Source: Peribolospora baueri
Lineage: Eukaryota
Assembly: GCA_029717555.1 (NCBI GenBank)
Contig: JAMDHS010000049.1
Coordinates: forward strand, 1 to 64,000
Reading direction: 5' to 3'
DNA: 64,000 nucleotides
Numbering within the stretch: the first letter of the stretch is position 1; each line of letters starts with the position of its first letter. This document shows positions 47,701 to 60,800 of this stretch, piece after piece. A model generated the notes under the pieces. The model was not told where the DNA came from. It saw only the letters and a list, made by a program, of their open reading frames with translations, and ran no database searches. The translations under genes and the position numbers were made by a program.

Positions 47701-48343
47701 GGGCGTATTGAGAACCACATGGGGCAGAAAGGAGGAGAAAAAAAAAGACGAACGAATGCTGGGCTGATGGGGTGCTTACCTCAGGGTAAGGTGAGTCATC
47801 CTCGATGAGCTGTGGAAGAAGGACATTGAAGCAAAGGAAGCGACGAGCCGAGTAAGTGGCTGCTGTGAGCAGGCGGCCCATATGGAGAAGACGAGGAGGA
47901 AGAGTGTGCAGCGTCATCGGCCGTCGCTCACGTGGTCGATAGCGACGGCCTGCCCAGCGTCGCCCTGTTCCAGGGCGGCAGCGGCTATCGGTGGAGGAAA
48001 GTGGGGGCAGCGGACGGGCAATCGTCAGTCATGTCGACGGAGCCCCGCAAAGTCGGTTCGCTTCGATTTTGAAATGAGAACGGAAAACAGGGCCAGGTCA
48101 CGCGACAAGCCACGACCATGACTACCATCCCCACTCACCCTCCTCGCGGAGGTTGTGATCAAAATTGGGATCAAGGACAGAGCGCTGAACGACCTTGGAG
48201 ACGACCGCCTTTGCCTCCTCGACTTCGGCCAACTTCTCCGTCGTCGGGCTGGGCAGGTCGTCGAGCTTGTCGTCCGGGCCGGGATCTTGCTCGGGGTGGG
48301 ACCGGCGCCGACTGAGGTCATGGGCATACTCGATGCCGGACAT
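44713..48343 (-). CDS. OPT-family oligopeptide transporter (multi-exon)
   Basis: EDDSPYPEVRAAVSNTDDP, NPGPFNIKEHTII, MIWP, DVHAKLM, GLNVITEFIIG, DLKLGHYMKVPPR, KYNYLTSAGMDAG. Confidence 0.95.
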
Positions 48344-49945
48344 GGTGGGCAGGGTGGCGTGGGCCGGGGAGAAAGGGTGACCAGAGAGGCGAACGGACCT
48401 CGTCAGCGAGGGGCGGCGAACGGCCAAGCAGAAAGAGAAAAGAGGTGGAGGGAAGTAGAAAGCCCGGACGAGTAGGAAGAAGGTAGAGCGAGAGGAAGAG
48501 AACAGGAAGGGGAACGGACGAAGAGAAGGAGGAGGTGGGATATAAACGCCGATAGGTCTGGAGCACGGGATAGATAGCGGGGACAGGAACGATTGCAGTT
48601 GGTCTGGTCTGGTCTGGTCCGGTTTGCGTGAGCGGTCCGAGGGGCTGTTGTGAAAGCTCGCCGGGCGAACGAACGAACCGGCGATACGCAGGTACGGTGG
48701 GCGCCGCTGCGACAGACAGCTAGCGTGAAAGCAGAGGCAAAGCAAGCCACATCGGAAGGAGGGAGGGGTGAGTGATAAGGAACGGAGGCAAGCTGGCCAT
48801 GATGAAGGCCGGGTGAAGTGCGGGTGTCGTCGATCCCTTTGTCTCTATAGCTGTCTCCGCACTCCTCCACTCCTCCTTCTTCCTGGCACCAGGTGGGGTG
48901 GCGCGCGGCGGCCCATATTGTCTCGGACGTGTGCTAATCCGAAAAATGACCACATTCTCAACGGTCCATGCGAGCGGCGCTGTGCTGTCAGTTAGGATGG
49001 GCCAGTGAGGAAGGACAAGGCAATGAATGTCAGTCAGCCAGTAGCCAGTGCGTACGATTGCCTGACGACAGATAGAGGACAAGCAGGGACGAGTCCAGAC
49101 GGGAACCGACCGAAGGGGGTCGCGTTCGGACGGGCGGGAGCAGACTAAACTGCATAGGCTGCTGGAGCGACGGCAAAGATTGTGGAGAGCCAGATCCCCG
49201 TGATGGAGGGCCGATACAGAAGAGAACCTGCGAGCGGCTGTGGGTCAGGTCAGGTCGCCATTAGAAGGTGAGACCGGCGAACGCCGCCTTGGTCCGCTTC
49301 ATGTTGCGGCTGCTCGCGCGACGCGGACTGGCGGTATCACGTTAAGCACTCCCGCCTTGCGTCGGATGCGTTATTAAAGCCCGCCGGCGGTCCGTTCATC
49401 AGACTAGCTTATCAGCGTCGCCGCTCCCGCATCTGGCTGGGGACGATAACAGAGGAGGCAAGTGACCTCATCGCTTTTCTGTTCGGTCGCACACCCGGCG
49501 GGTGCACTTCCCTGATCTGCAGCATCTGCAGCGGGGCCAAGTCAACTAGACCACCTTTTGGCAACCCATGGACAACACCTCTGGCTGACGCTCAGCCCGA
49601 CCGTGCGCGGCCTCGTCCGTTTTGGGAGCATGCTCAGCGACGGGCCGTCGTGCCGAGATGGGGACGGGCGGACAGATAGACAGACAGGCAGGCAGGCAGA
49701 TAGAAGTCAGAGCAGACGAATGGCCTCCTCGACCGCTATGTCCCACACCACGCTCTGCCCACCTGACGAGTCGCTCAGCCATCCGTCCAGGTCGCCGCTG
49801 CATCCTGACCTCCGTGCCCGAGGGCCACTCCAGAGAACCTATCTATCCAACGGCCCAGCTGATCCGGGCGTGCTTTCTTCTTTCGTGACCGCCGCGACTT
49901 TCAGAGCGGAATACATTGCGTGCAAGGACGGCCGACGCACGTCTT

Positions 49946-50011
49946 CTCGCTCGTTTGCTCGTTTGCTCGTTCGCTCGTTCGCTCGTTCGCTCGTTTGCTC
50001 GTTCGCTCGCT
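49946..50011. repeat. (GCTCGTT[T/C])n octamer microsatellite, about 8 units
   Basis: Directly visible in intergenic DNA upstream of the OPT gene. Confidence 0.85.
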
Positions 50012-50960
50012 CACAGGTCGCCGAGGCGCATGGGCGGGCAGCAGGCAGGCGAGACAGCAAAGCACGTATCTCCGTCCCACAAGCAGACAGCCTGTAGGAC
50101 TCCAACTCTCGGCTACGGCAGGCCAGATAAGGTCGCTTATTACGCCCTGACCCCCGAGAGTATAAACAGCATCTAGCGAGCGTGGGAAGATCGTTCTGTG
50201 CACCAGCGCTTCCTGCAACCCCGTCTGTCCGCTGGGCCGGTCCGAGGGCCATGTGCCTTTACGAAGATCAGCGTGCAATCTGGGGACGGGGAATGGCCGC
50301 GCCCGCTTGCGAGCATGTGCTCATCGTCCTCGTCCCGACCTCGCCCAACGGAAGCGACGAGTGCTCGTGGTTGGTCCCCGACTCTTGTCTCCGTCTCGCC
50401 GGCTTGGAGCTGGGATCTGGTCTCGTGACATCTCCGCTCACTGGCGCCACCCGCGGTCCACTGCCGCCGCCGCCGGACGCAAGTTCGGTTCGTAGGTGGC
50501 GCTCGGTCGACCCGCCGGTCGATCCGATCCGCTCCATCCGAGCTCAAGACCGGCGGCGTCTAGTCCCGTACAGTCATACGTCAGATGCGTGCGAGCGACA
50601 CCTGGATGACCTGGTTCCGCCTCCGCTTCGCTTCGATGGCTCTCCATCGAATCGGAGTCATCCTCTTATTTTCTGGCAGGTGTCGCGGGCGATCGAGGAG
50701 AAGGAGGCGAAAAGCAAAGGGTGGATAGATGGGAGGTAGAACGAGCGAACGTGACCGGAGAGGAAGGGCTCGAAGGTGTACATATGGCGGGTCAAAGAGC
50801 GTGGGGATGGAAATGAAGCGGGAAGAAGAGGGGAAGAAAAAAAGAAAAGGAACGACAAATGCCTTCGTGGGCAAGACCGTCTCCTGATGGGTACTCGCAG
50901 ACGGTCAATGGGGGACATACAAGGAAACTATACAGGCAGGCCCCGTCTGCCCCGATCAGG

Positions 50961-53719
50961 TTAAGCGACATAGCTCGCGCCTTCCGCCTCTGCCCATCCC
51001 TCCACCTCGTTCTCATCCTGCTCCGCCGTCATGGCACGAGACGCCGAGCCGGCGAGTTCGTGTCCGCCGTCCACAGCAGCCTCCCAACTCTCTACCATCG
51101 TCCTCGGCGCGCCTCTGCCATCTTGCCGCGGCGGACTCGCCACCTCCATCTCCCTCCTCCGTACCGCCTGCCTCGCAGAAGGGGCGAAACTCGTCATCGC
51201 TGTCACTATCGTCGCGGCCTCGCGTGAGGCACCGGTAGGCAAAGAGGAAGGAAGGGAAGAAGGCGTGGAGGAGAGAGAGCGGTGGCAGACGGGGCAGAAG
51301 GACTGGAGTTGGAGCCATTTGACCAGACACGCGCTGTGCAAGAGTGGGTGGGCCGCGCAAAGTTAGCGCAAGACGATCACGCAAGCAAACGACGGCGAGC
51401 ACCGGCGCGGCGACGGCAGCGGCAGCGAAGCGCTCGAGCAAAGCAAAAGGCGGCTCGAGCTTCAGGATGCAAAGGAAACACTCACGCATGAAGCTGGTGC
51501 CCGCACTCGAGCGTACAAGCACCGGAATAATTCCTCAATCGCACCGGCTCGTCGCTGGCCTTTGCCATGCGCTTCCTCTCGCCCCCGTCCTCGTCCTCGC
51601 CCTTGCCTCTGCCGTGAGAGACGCGGCCATTTAAAACGTGCACGACCTCGAAGCAGATGCTGCACACCTTCTCCTCCTCCTCCTCCTCCTCCCCCTCATC
51701 CATGCACATCGCCCCTCCTCCGCTCTTCGATCTGGTTGACTTTGCAGACACGCCCGATGCCGACGGCTGAGCTGCTGCCGTGCCCCACCTCCTGCGAACA
51801 AAATCAAGGCACTCGACGTACCGTCGAGCATCTGACCACGTGTTCGCGAGCGAGGAGAGCTCGGCGCGGAGGGAAAGAAGAGAGATCACGGGGGGGAGAG
51901 TCGTTGGTGAAAGTGTCGGGAGGGTGAGCTGTGAAAAGATGGGCGAAGCGTGTAGGACGGAGCAATGGAAGGGATGGGGCAAAGGAAGGGACGAATCAGC
52001 GGCTAGAAGACGTAACCGGGTCACTGGGACGCAGACGTGACTACAAAGGGAATAGGATACGGATGGCTCACCACCACGACAGCGAACTGCACAGCCCCGG
52101 CGGCCTTGCTCGCGAGAGCCAATCCGACTTCGACAGCCCACCGGCTATCCACCTCCACGCTCTCGACCTTATTGCCGTCCTTCTTCCCCGCCTTACCCAC
52201 CATCACCCCTCCCGACCCACCATTTCCTCCAACCGTCTCGCTACCTTCAATAGAATACGCGGCAGCGGCATCACCGCTTCGAGATCGATGTCTACGAGAA
52301 GAGGAAGGTTGCGGTGGAAATATGAAACGGAAAAGGATGGTTAGAGGGGAGGGTCTGGAGGGGGACGGGACGGAGAGGGTCGCTGGGAGAAAGGAAGAGG
52401 AGAGGGGGAGTTTGGAGAGCGGTTGGAGGAGGGAGAAGAGGGTTATTGCTAGCTGTTATGGCAAGTAGATGGGATGATTTTGAAACGACGGAGAAGGTCC
52501 GGAAAAGTGAAGATAGGGTGGCCAAAGACATCAGTAAAGCACGAGACGAACCATTCCGCCTTGCATACGGAAGGGGACAAGCCATGCTACTGTCAGGACG
52601 ACGCACCTCGATGCGAACAAGTAAATGAAACGGTAGAACCGCCTCAGTCATGGCCTTCACCCCACTGTCGACCGCCGGAAGGCGATCAACAGTGGTGCCG
52701 GTGCCTATGGAACGCGAAAGGCTCCAAGAAAAGAGAGCGTCGGCAAACGAGCTCGACGCAGCTGCAATCGCCGCCGACGCGAGAAGAAGGAGCTGTACTA
52801 TCGTCGCTAGGAGAGTTAGATGGGCAGGAAGGGAGGTGGGAGTGAAAGAGCGCTGGGATGGGATGTGGGAACAGGTAGACAAAAGGCGTGTGGGATAGAA
52901 TTGAGAACCGGCGAGGGTCTAAAGAGCACCAGGTCGGGCTTCTTTCCCTCTTCATATCCAAGCCCAATGCAATCGTGCTACAAGAGATAGAAACTCACCT
53001 TCACCACCGCATCCTCAACCCACATCCCACAGAGCCTAACAGCCATTACGGCGTGCAAGGGAGCCACGAAAGGAAGCACGTCCGGGGCGAGAAGGAGGCT
53101 GAGAGAGATGCGGGGAAATCTAAGCAGCGTGCTCGGGGTGTGTCGTTTCCGCTGCGGGTTGCTGGCGTCTTCATTGCCCTCCGTCGTGCTGTGGTCAACC
53201 GCGTCTACGTCGGACGGTGGGGGCTCCGTGGCCGGTTGTTTCCCGTTCGACTGCCTCGCCTTCTTCGCGCCCAAAGAAAGCGAGGAGGACGACTCTGGAG
53301 ATGAAGCCTTGCCCTTGCGGTCGGAAAGGAGAGCGGATAAGGAGAAGGGTGAAGGGGGGCTCGGAAGTGGAGAAGGCGTGGAGGAGGTGAAGAAGAGGGC
53401 GGGTGGGACCGACGGCGTGGCGGACGAATCGGGCAGTGTGGCTTCCAATAACAAACCAACAGAATAAACGGGGAGATGAGCAAATCGATGCACAAAAGTT
53501 CATCTCCGCACGAACCGTCCGCTCACCAGTCCGGACGAGCCCAGCTCCGTCTCCTCCCTCACCATTCCCATGCGTCCTCCGACCCGTACCGGAGAGTAGG
53601 ATGGCGAGAACAAGCAGGGCAAACTTGGGGCGATAAACTTCCGCACGAAAGGTGTCTAGAGTGTCGGGAGAGAGGGGAGGAAGGAGGAAGGCCGGGAAGA
53701 GATCGCGTAGGAGCCTCAT
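50961..53719 (-). CDS. Membrane protein with C-terminal RING-H2 finger, putative E3 ubiquitin ligase (multi-exon; 5' structure uncertain)
   Basis: CSICFE...TLECGHQLHA, intron, CLVKWLQLQSFCPVCHR; hydrophobic segments in upstream exons. Confidence 0.75.
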
Positions 53720-54587
53720 GGTGGAGGAATGATGGCGTCAAGGGTGATGATCCGAGTGACGGCGGCTAGGTCTGGCGGGCTGCTGCTCGATGCGATGTAC
53801 GAACAGGTCGCCCCGACGACGTACAAGGGCGTCAAAACAATGTTGGAGAGTCTCTGCTAGCGTGGCCGTATCGCATTTTCTGCTCTTCCCTTCCCTTCCC
53901 TACTTTCCCTTTGTCGTTATGGTGGGTGAAGCCGGAGCAGATCTCACACGACATCGCGAGATCTCACTCGGGCCGAGGTATCACGTGCGGAGCGAGAGAA
54001 GGACACTGCTTCGTATTGCAGACACGGGACAGGATCGCATGAAGAATCAAAGGAGGTTTGGAGTCGTAAAGCGATCCTTTCGTGCTAAAGCGTCGCTTCG
54101 AGCAAGCATCAAGGTCTTTCATCCTCGAAGACCATCGATGTCGTCGTCTCCGTCGTCGCCGTCCCCCTACCTTTGATGGTATCCCTACGGCCTCCACACT
54201 GGCCCGGTGGACGTCGACAGCCGCAGCAGTCGCTTCGATCGCCCATTTCAAGCTTAAAGCTGCGACTAAAGTGATTTGTAATTGCGAGGCTTACACCCGC
54301 TCGCCGACGTCCATCACCTCACCCGCGCTCAGCCTCAACAGCGGAGACGCCCGACGGTCAGCAGCAGCAACAGCAACAGCAGCAAGTCAAGGCAGGCTTT
54401 CTTAACCTCACCCTTTCTTCTACTTCGCTGCATCTCTTCTCCATCCGCCTTGGCTGAGGTGAGCACAAGGCGCCGGCATCTCGCATGAGGCTGCTGGTGG
54501 AAATGCCAGCCAACGGAAGGATGGGACGGCCTGGTTTTATACCTTGATTCAATTGCGATCGTCTTGCATTCTCCAGCTTCTATCGTC

Positions 54588-55603
54588 ATGGCCGCCGGAC
54601 TCAAGAGTGAGTGGCGTGGATTGCGCTCTCGAGGCGCACAGGCTTTACGCGCTTCGTATGCGATGGAGCGGCAGGGAGGGAGAGTGAAAGCGCCGTAACT
54701 AACACCTATTCCTCCTTCTACGTCTCCCCCACGCAGCCGTCATTCTCCTCTCCTTTGTTCTTGCCCTCGGGTTTCTGCTCATTATCCTTTCCTGCGCCCT
54801 GTACGCCAATTGGCTCCCACTGCTCGTCGGTAAGCACCGGTTCGCTTTCCAACTGCCGCTGGGAATCGCTTGTATCACTTGCTGTTGGCACGCATGCGAA
54901 CCGCCGCTGACGTTCGTCCGTCTCCACCTGGTGTCTTTCCCGGCGTACAATTCCTTTTTATTACGCCTTCTTGTGTTTTGCCATTGAACCCCTCATCCAA
55001 AAGCCCTCACCTACGTCCTCGCTCCGATCCCCAACACCCTCTGTGCGCGATGTGCAGGGGCGGACGACTTTTCGGCTGACTACAATACGTGCGTGACTTT
55101 TCTTTTCTCCGTTCTTTCCGTTTTCTTGTGCCTCTCTTTTGAGCGTCGTGATCGCCCCGTTACCGTTGTTCTCGAGTCTTCTTACGGACAAGTTGACCGA
55201 TCACTGACGTCGACCATCCTTTTCCAATCAACTTTGCCATCTCTATTCTTCGTTTTTTATTCGATCGCCTGCCCCCCCCGCCCCGGTTCAGCGGATATCT
55301 CGATTTTGGCCACTGGTTAACAGGCCTCATTGTTGTTTCCGGCTTCGCCTTCCCTCTCGTTCTCGCCCATGCAGAAATCATCGCTCCTGCCGCTTGCGTG
55401 ATGAGCATCGTCGGAGGTGTACTCGTCTACGGCACCAGTGAGTTGTCTTGCTTCCTTTCCCTGTTTCGTTTTCGTACGTTAGGAGGTACTCAGCACGATC
55501 GCCGCCTTTTCACCCCTTCACCGTCGTCGTGCGTTGCTGCCCGTCCAATCGCACAGTCATCACCTACTCCTCCTTCTTTTCTCAAGCCGGCGATGAGTTC
55601 TGA
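54588..55603 (+). CDS. VPS55: Vacuolar protein sorting 55 (5 coding exons; probable 5' UTR intron ~54459-54576)
   Basis: Spliced MAAGLKTVILLSFVLALGFLLIILSCALYANWLPLLVALTYVLAPIPN...DFGHWLTGLIVVSGFAFPLVLAH...MSIVGGVLVYGTIITYSSFFSQAGDEF*. Confidence 0.93.
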
Positions 55604-56050
55604 GCTCCAGATCGCTTCCCGTCACGTTTATACTTCGGTCTCAAATCCCATGCACGCTGAGTGTGTCGTCGTTGTCGCGGGCAAGCGGCAGGCGGGCAGC
55701 CGTGTGGGCAGGTGTGTAATGCATGTCTCCGTTCTGGTTGAGAGGCTATCGCAGGTGCGCGACCATTTCTTGTCAGCCAAGAGCTAGATCTCAAAAAAAC
55801 CAGAAAAGAAAGACATGGATTGTCCCAGTCGATTGGCCGTGGGAAGGGAAGGGAAGCTAGATTACAACAATCTACAAGTGCGCAGGAGGCCGAACGATGG
55901 GACAAAGTGTAGCGGCGAGGAAAGTACAGCGTGCGGTACAGAAGGCTGGCGTGCGCACAACAACAGGTCGCCGTAGGTCGAGACTAGGCTACGGAGCAGA
56001 GAGCGTCGATACGGCAGACCAGATCATCTCTGTCGATTTCGAGTCGAACC

Positions 56051-57435
56051 CTATGATCGCTCCCCCGTCCTGTCCCGTTCGTCGTCATCACCGCCGTCTT
56101 GGTGCCGATGTCGATCCCTGCTACGACGGTGGTCACCTTCGTGGTGCCTATGCCTGTGTTCATGTCGACGGTGACGACGATGTCGAAGCTCTCCTCGTTC
56201 CCTGTCCTTCTCTGCCTCATTAGAGCGTTCAGGACTCCGACTCCGACTCCGACTTGTGCTTCTGCTTCGTCGACGCGCCTTTCCCCGTCGGCGATCTCCG
56301 TATACCTCAGCTCCTCCCTCCCTGTGCCGCTTCTTCTTCTTCTTCCCAGAATGACCCTCCTCCACCTTCTCCCTCTCCTCTCTCAACAAAGCCTCTACAG
56401 CCTCGTTCTTCTCCTTCTCCCGCTTGTAACCGAGCTTGTAGCCGCATCGCTCGCACAGCACAACCTTGACGAGAGCGTTCTTGCGTACCATCCGCGGCGT
56501 TAGCTGGTGTCCTACCGGGAGCGATGTTGCGGTCGTAGTGTTTGGTCCTGTCAAGGCGGTCACAGCCGACGTGCCCTCCGCTTCTACCTTTTCCTCTCCA
56601 GAGCCTCCGCCAGCACCGGCTTGAGCGGCACCGTCCCTAACGTCATCCCTATCGTCCGCAGCCTCCATATACCCAAAATTCATCTCGTACGCCGTCAAAC
56701 GAACACTCGGATCCAACCTAAGCGTCTCAATCTCTTCCGGACCGTCATCTTGGTAGACGGAGTGCTCTGGGTGAAGAGGACGATGGTGGTCGCATCGGAC
56801 GTTGCCACAGGTGAATTGACCAATGCCAGCAAGTACTTCTTCCTCCGTTCGCCAGCGGAGTGCAACCTTTACGGATATTCGTTCAAAAGAGGAGCGATTG
56901 AGATCGTACACAGCGTCTTTCCCGACCGGAAAACTGACAAAAGCAGAGGAAGGCACTCACGTTCCCGCTTTTGTAGTGCTTAAGATCAGCAACTGCAAAC
57001 TCCTTGAAAAGTGAAGCGTAGTATTTCGCCGCCACGGCTTGATCGTATGGCATCGTATCGGCGTTCTCTCCTTCTTCTCGGAGGAAACTTTGGGCCGCGG
57101 GGGAATGACGGAGAGGGTCAGCCAGCTTGCCAGCCAACACCCTCACCTGGAAGACTTATCGGCTATCACGAGTGTACGACTCACCGATGACTCTCCCTCA
57201 GCACATCCCAATCTGTCTTCCCCCGTGACGTCAATTCCCCTTCCTTCGTTCTGTCTCCGTGCCTCTCATACACCTTTACATACTGCCTCACATACCGGAT
57301 ATGCCTCGTCCACGCGTCCTCCCCGTTGAGTGTGTTTCGGAAGACGGAGCGCGCGTGGGTAGATTGCGTCGGCGCCAGTCGAGAACGAGAGGTAGTGGAA
57401 GGGGGTAGTGGTGGAGGTGTGGTGTGAGAAGGCAT
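56051..57435 (-). CDS. FRA10AC1-family spliceosome-associated protein (3 exons)
   Basis: KTDWDVLRESHRFLRE, AAKYYASLFKEFAVADLKHYK, ALRWRTEEEV, GQFTCGN, YEMNFGY, NALVKVVLCERCGYKL; RS/charged tail. Confidence 0.9.
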
Positions 57436-57865
57436 AATGGATACTGGCAGTCGCTCAGCTCAGCTCAACCAGCTGTCTTTCACGTTTACTTCGAGCATGC
57501 CTTGATTGCAGAACGATGGTCCGAGCGCGCGGAGCGGAGGAAAACGGAGATGGACGGGGTTATGGAAAAAAGTGAGCGGTCGATGACTGGCTGCTGTTCG
57601 TTAGCACCTTCGTCTCTTCTCTTCTTCCTCCTTCTCTTTCCTCCTCTCTTCTCTTCTCTTCTCTCTTGTATCATAGTCGGCCCCTTGTCATCTATTATAT
57701 TATCTTTCCTCTTCTCTTGCCGACGAGGATCTCCATCGTTTTGACAAGCCGCCTCATTCGAGGCCCATCGGACGACTTCTCCCCCAAAAGGCTGCACTCG
57801 CATCGTCGTCCGTACCACCTTACTCCAGAGGCTCTCTCGGTTCAGCTCGTTCCGCTCTGGCGACT

Positions 57866-60800
57866 ATGGTGGTAGCGCCCTCAGAAACAGGCTTGAGTGG
57901 TGTGGCGGCTAACGGCGCCGCCGCTGGTCCCGCCTCGACGGCCATGTCTCGCTCGCCCTCGGCCACCGCCCTCGGCCACCCCGCCGCCCCCATCACTTGC
58001 CCCCCTCTCGACTCTATCGACCCCTCCACCTCCTCCAAGCTTACGTCTTCGCCCGACACGGCCGTTCTCGAGCTTGCTGATGGTACCGCGTATACTGGGT
58101 ACAGCTTCGGCGCCGAAGGAAAAAGCGTCTCGGGAGAATGTGTTTTCCAAACCGGTGAGTGCTCTCGAGGAAGAGACAGACGGAGGACCCCAGGATGTTA
58201 CCTTAAGCATGCCAACCTCCTTGAGACTCGATCGCTGATTACAACCTTGCTTCTGTGCTTGCCCATCGCTGTCCGACTGCTCTCCCCGTGGCCCCTCATG
58301 CAGGGATGGTCGGCTACGTCGAGTCTCTCACCGACCCTTCGTATGAGGGACAGATTCTCGTCATCACTTACCCTCTCGTCGGCAACTACGGCGTGCCTTC
58401 CCGTGATGATGCCGCCCAGTCGCTCCCGAACCTCCTTACCTCTTACTTCGAGTCTTCCCGCATCCACGTGGCTGCCCTTGTCATCAGTTACTATTCCGAA
58501 GATTTCAGCCACTATCTTGCTCAGTCCAGCTTGGGCGACTGGCTCAAGGAGAACGGCGTTCCAGCCATCTACGGTGTCGACACGCGCGCGCTCACCAAGA
58601 GGATCCGGGAGAAGGGCAGCATGCTCGGAAAGGTGCTCGTCAAGAGGGAGGGCGCCGATGCAAGCCATCTTCCAGGCCTCGATGCGGTTTCTGGTGCCTG
58701 GAGATCGCAGTACGTCGACATCCCCTGGCAGGATCCTAACGTAGAAAACCTCGTCGCCAAGGTCAGCCTGAAGGAGCCCAAAGCTTTCAAGCCGACCACC
58801 GCTACCGCCGACCCTGCCAACCCTCCCCAACACAAGCTTCATCCTTCCGGCCGACCGCTCCGAGTGTTGGCCATTGACGTCGGCATGAAGTATAACCAGA
58901 TCCGCTGCTTCACCGAGCGCGGTGTAGAGCTCAAGGTCGTCCCTTGGAATTACGACTTTTTGTCTGAGGCCGAAGCGTACGACGGCCTTTTCGTCTCCAA
59001 CGGACCCGGAGACCCGACGACCGTGAACGAGACGATCTTGCGCCTCCGTCAGCTCATTGAGCGTGGTGACATGCCCATATTCGGCATCTGTCTCGGTCAT
59101 CAGCTCCTCGCGCTCGCGGCCGGCGCCAAGACGCGCAAACTCAAGTACGGAAACCGTGGTCACAACATCCCTTGCACGGATCAGCTCTCCGACAGGTGCT
59201 ATATCACTAGCCAGAACCACGGTTACGAGGTCGACAGCAATACCCTCCCCGCTGGGTGGGAGGTACTTTTCGTCAACGCGAACGACGGCACCAATGAGGG
59301 CATCCGCTGCGTCGACAAGCCTTTTTTCTCCGTCCAGTTCCACCCCGAGTCGACCCCTGGTCCTCGAGACACTGAGTGGCTCTTCGACGTGTTCATCAAG
59401 AATGTGCAGGACTGCGCTGCTCTCAAGGCCTCCAAGCCGGCCGCGAAGGGCAACGAATTACCCGTGGCTCAGTTCCCCGGCGGACTCGCGGCGGAGAACG
59501 CGGCGGCATACCCGCGCTTGCGGCCTCAGAAGGTGCTGGTCCTCGGCTCTGGTGGTCTTTCTATCGGTCAAGCTGGGGAGTTCGACTACTCGGGCTCGCA
59601 GGCCATCAAGGCGCTCAAGGAGGAGGGCATTTACACTGTGCTCATCAATCCCAACATCGCCACCATCCAGACGAGCTCTGGCCTCGCCGACAAAGTCTAC
59701 TTCCTCCCCGTCACTCCCGAATTCGTGCTCAAGGTCATTCAGCACGAGCAGCCTGACGGTATCTACTGTACCTTCGGAGGGCAGACTGCGCTCAACGTAG
59801 GCATTAAGCTCAAGGACGAATTCGACCGTCTGGGTGTCAAGGTGCTTGGCACGCCCATCGACACCATCATCACCACTGAGGACAGAGAATTCTTCGCCAA
59901 CGCGATGGCCGAGATAGGCGAGCACTGCGCCCCCTCCGCCGCTGCCAATAACATGGACGAGGCACTCGCAGCGGCGAAGAGCATCGGCTACCCTGTCATT
60001 GTTCGCGCCGCCTATGCTCTCGGTGGCCTTGGATCCGGCTTCGCAAAGGACGAACAAGAGCTCACTGCGTTGTGCAATCGTGCATTCGCATCGAGCCCGC
60101 AGGTGCTTGTGGAGAAGAGCATGAAAGGCTGGAAGGAGATCGAGTATGAAGTCGTTAGGGACGGGAGAAACAACTGTATCACCGTTTGTAACATGGAGGT
60201 GAGCGTCAGGGAGTGTGGACCCGTCTACGTAGTTTTGCTCTTCTACGCTCTTCTCACCTCACCGCCGATGATCTGCTCTGTTCTCGCATAGAACTTCGAT
60301 CCTCTCGGCATCCACACCGGCGACTCGATCGTTGTCGCTCCGTCGCAAACGCTCTCTGATGAGGACTACAACATGCTCCGCACCACCGCCGTCAATGTCA
60401 TTCGCCACCTTGGCGTCGTAGGAGAGTGCAACATCCAGTACGCGCTCAACCCCTTCTCCAAGGAGTATTGTATTATCGAGGTCAACGCTCGTCTCTCTCG
60501 CTCCTCCGCCCTCGCTTCCAAGGCTACTGGCTACCCGCTCGCCTTCATAGCCGCCAAGCTCGGTCTTGGCATCCCTCTGAACGAAATTCGCAACACGGTC
60601 ACGAAGGAAACCAGCGCATGCTTCGAGCCGTCGCTCGACTATGTCGTGGTCAAAATGCCCCGGTGGGATCTCAAGAAGTTCATCCGCGTCTCTACATCCC
60701 TGGGCAGCAGCATGAAGAGCGTCGGCGAGGTCATGAGCATTGGCAGGACGTTCGAAGAGACGATTCAAAAGGCCATCCGGTCCATCGACCCTAGCTTCGA

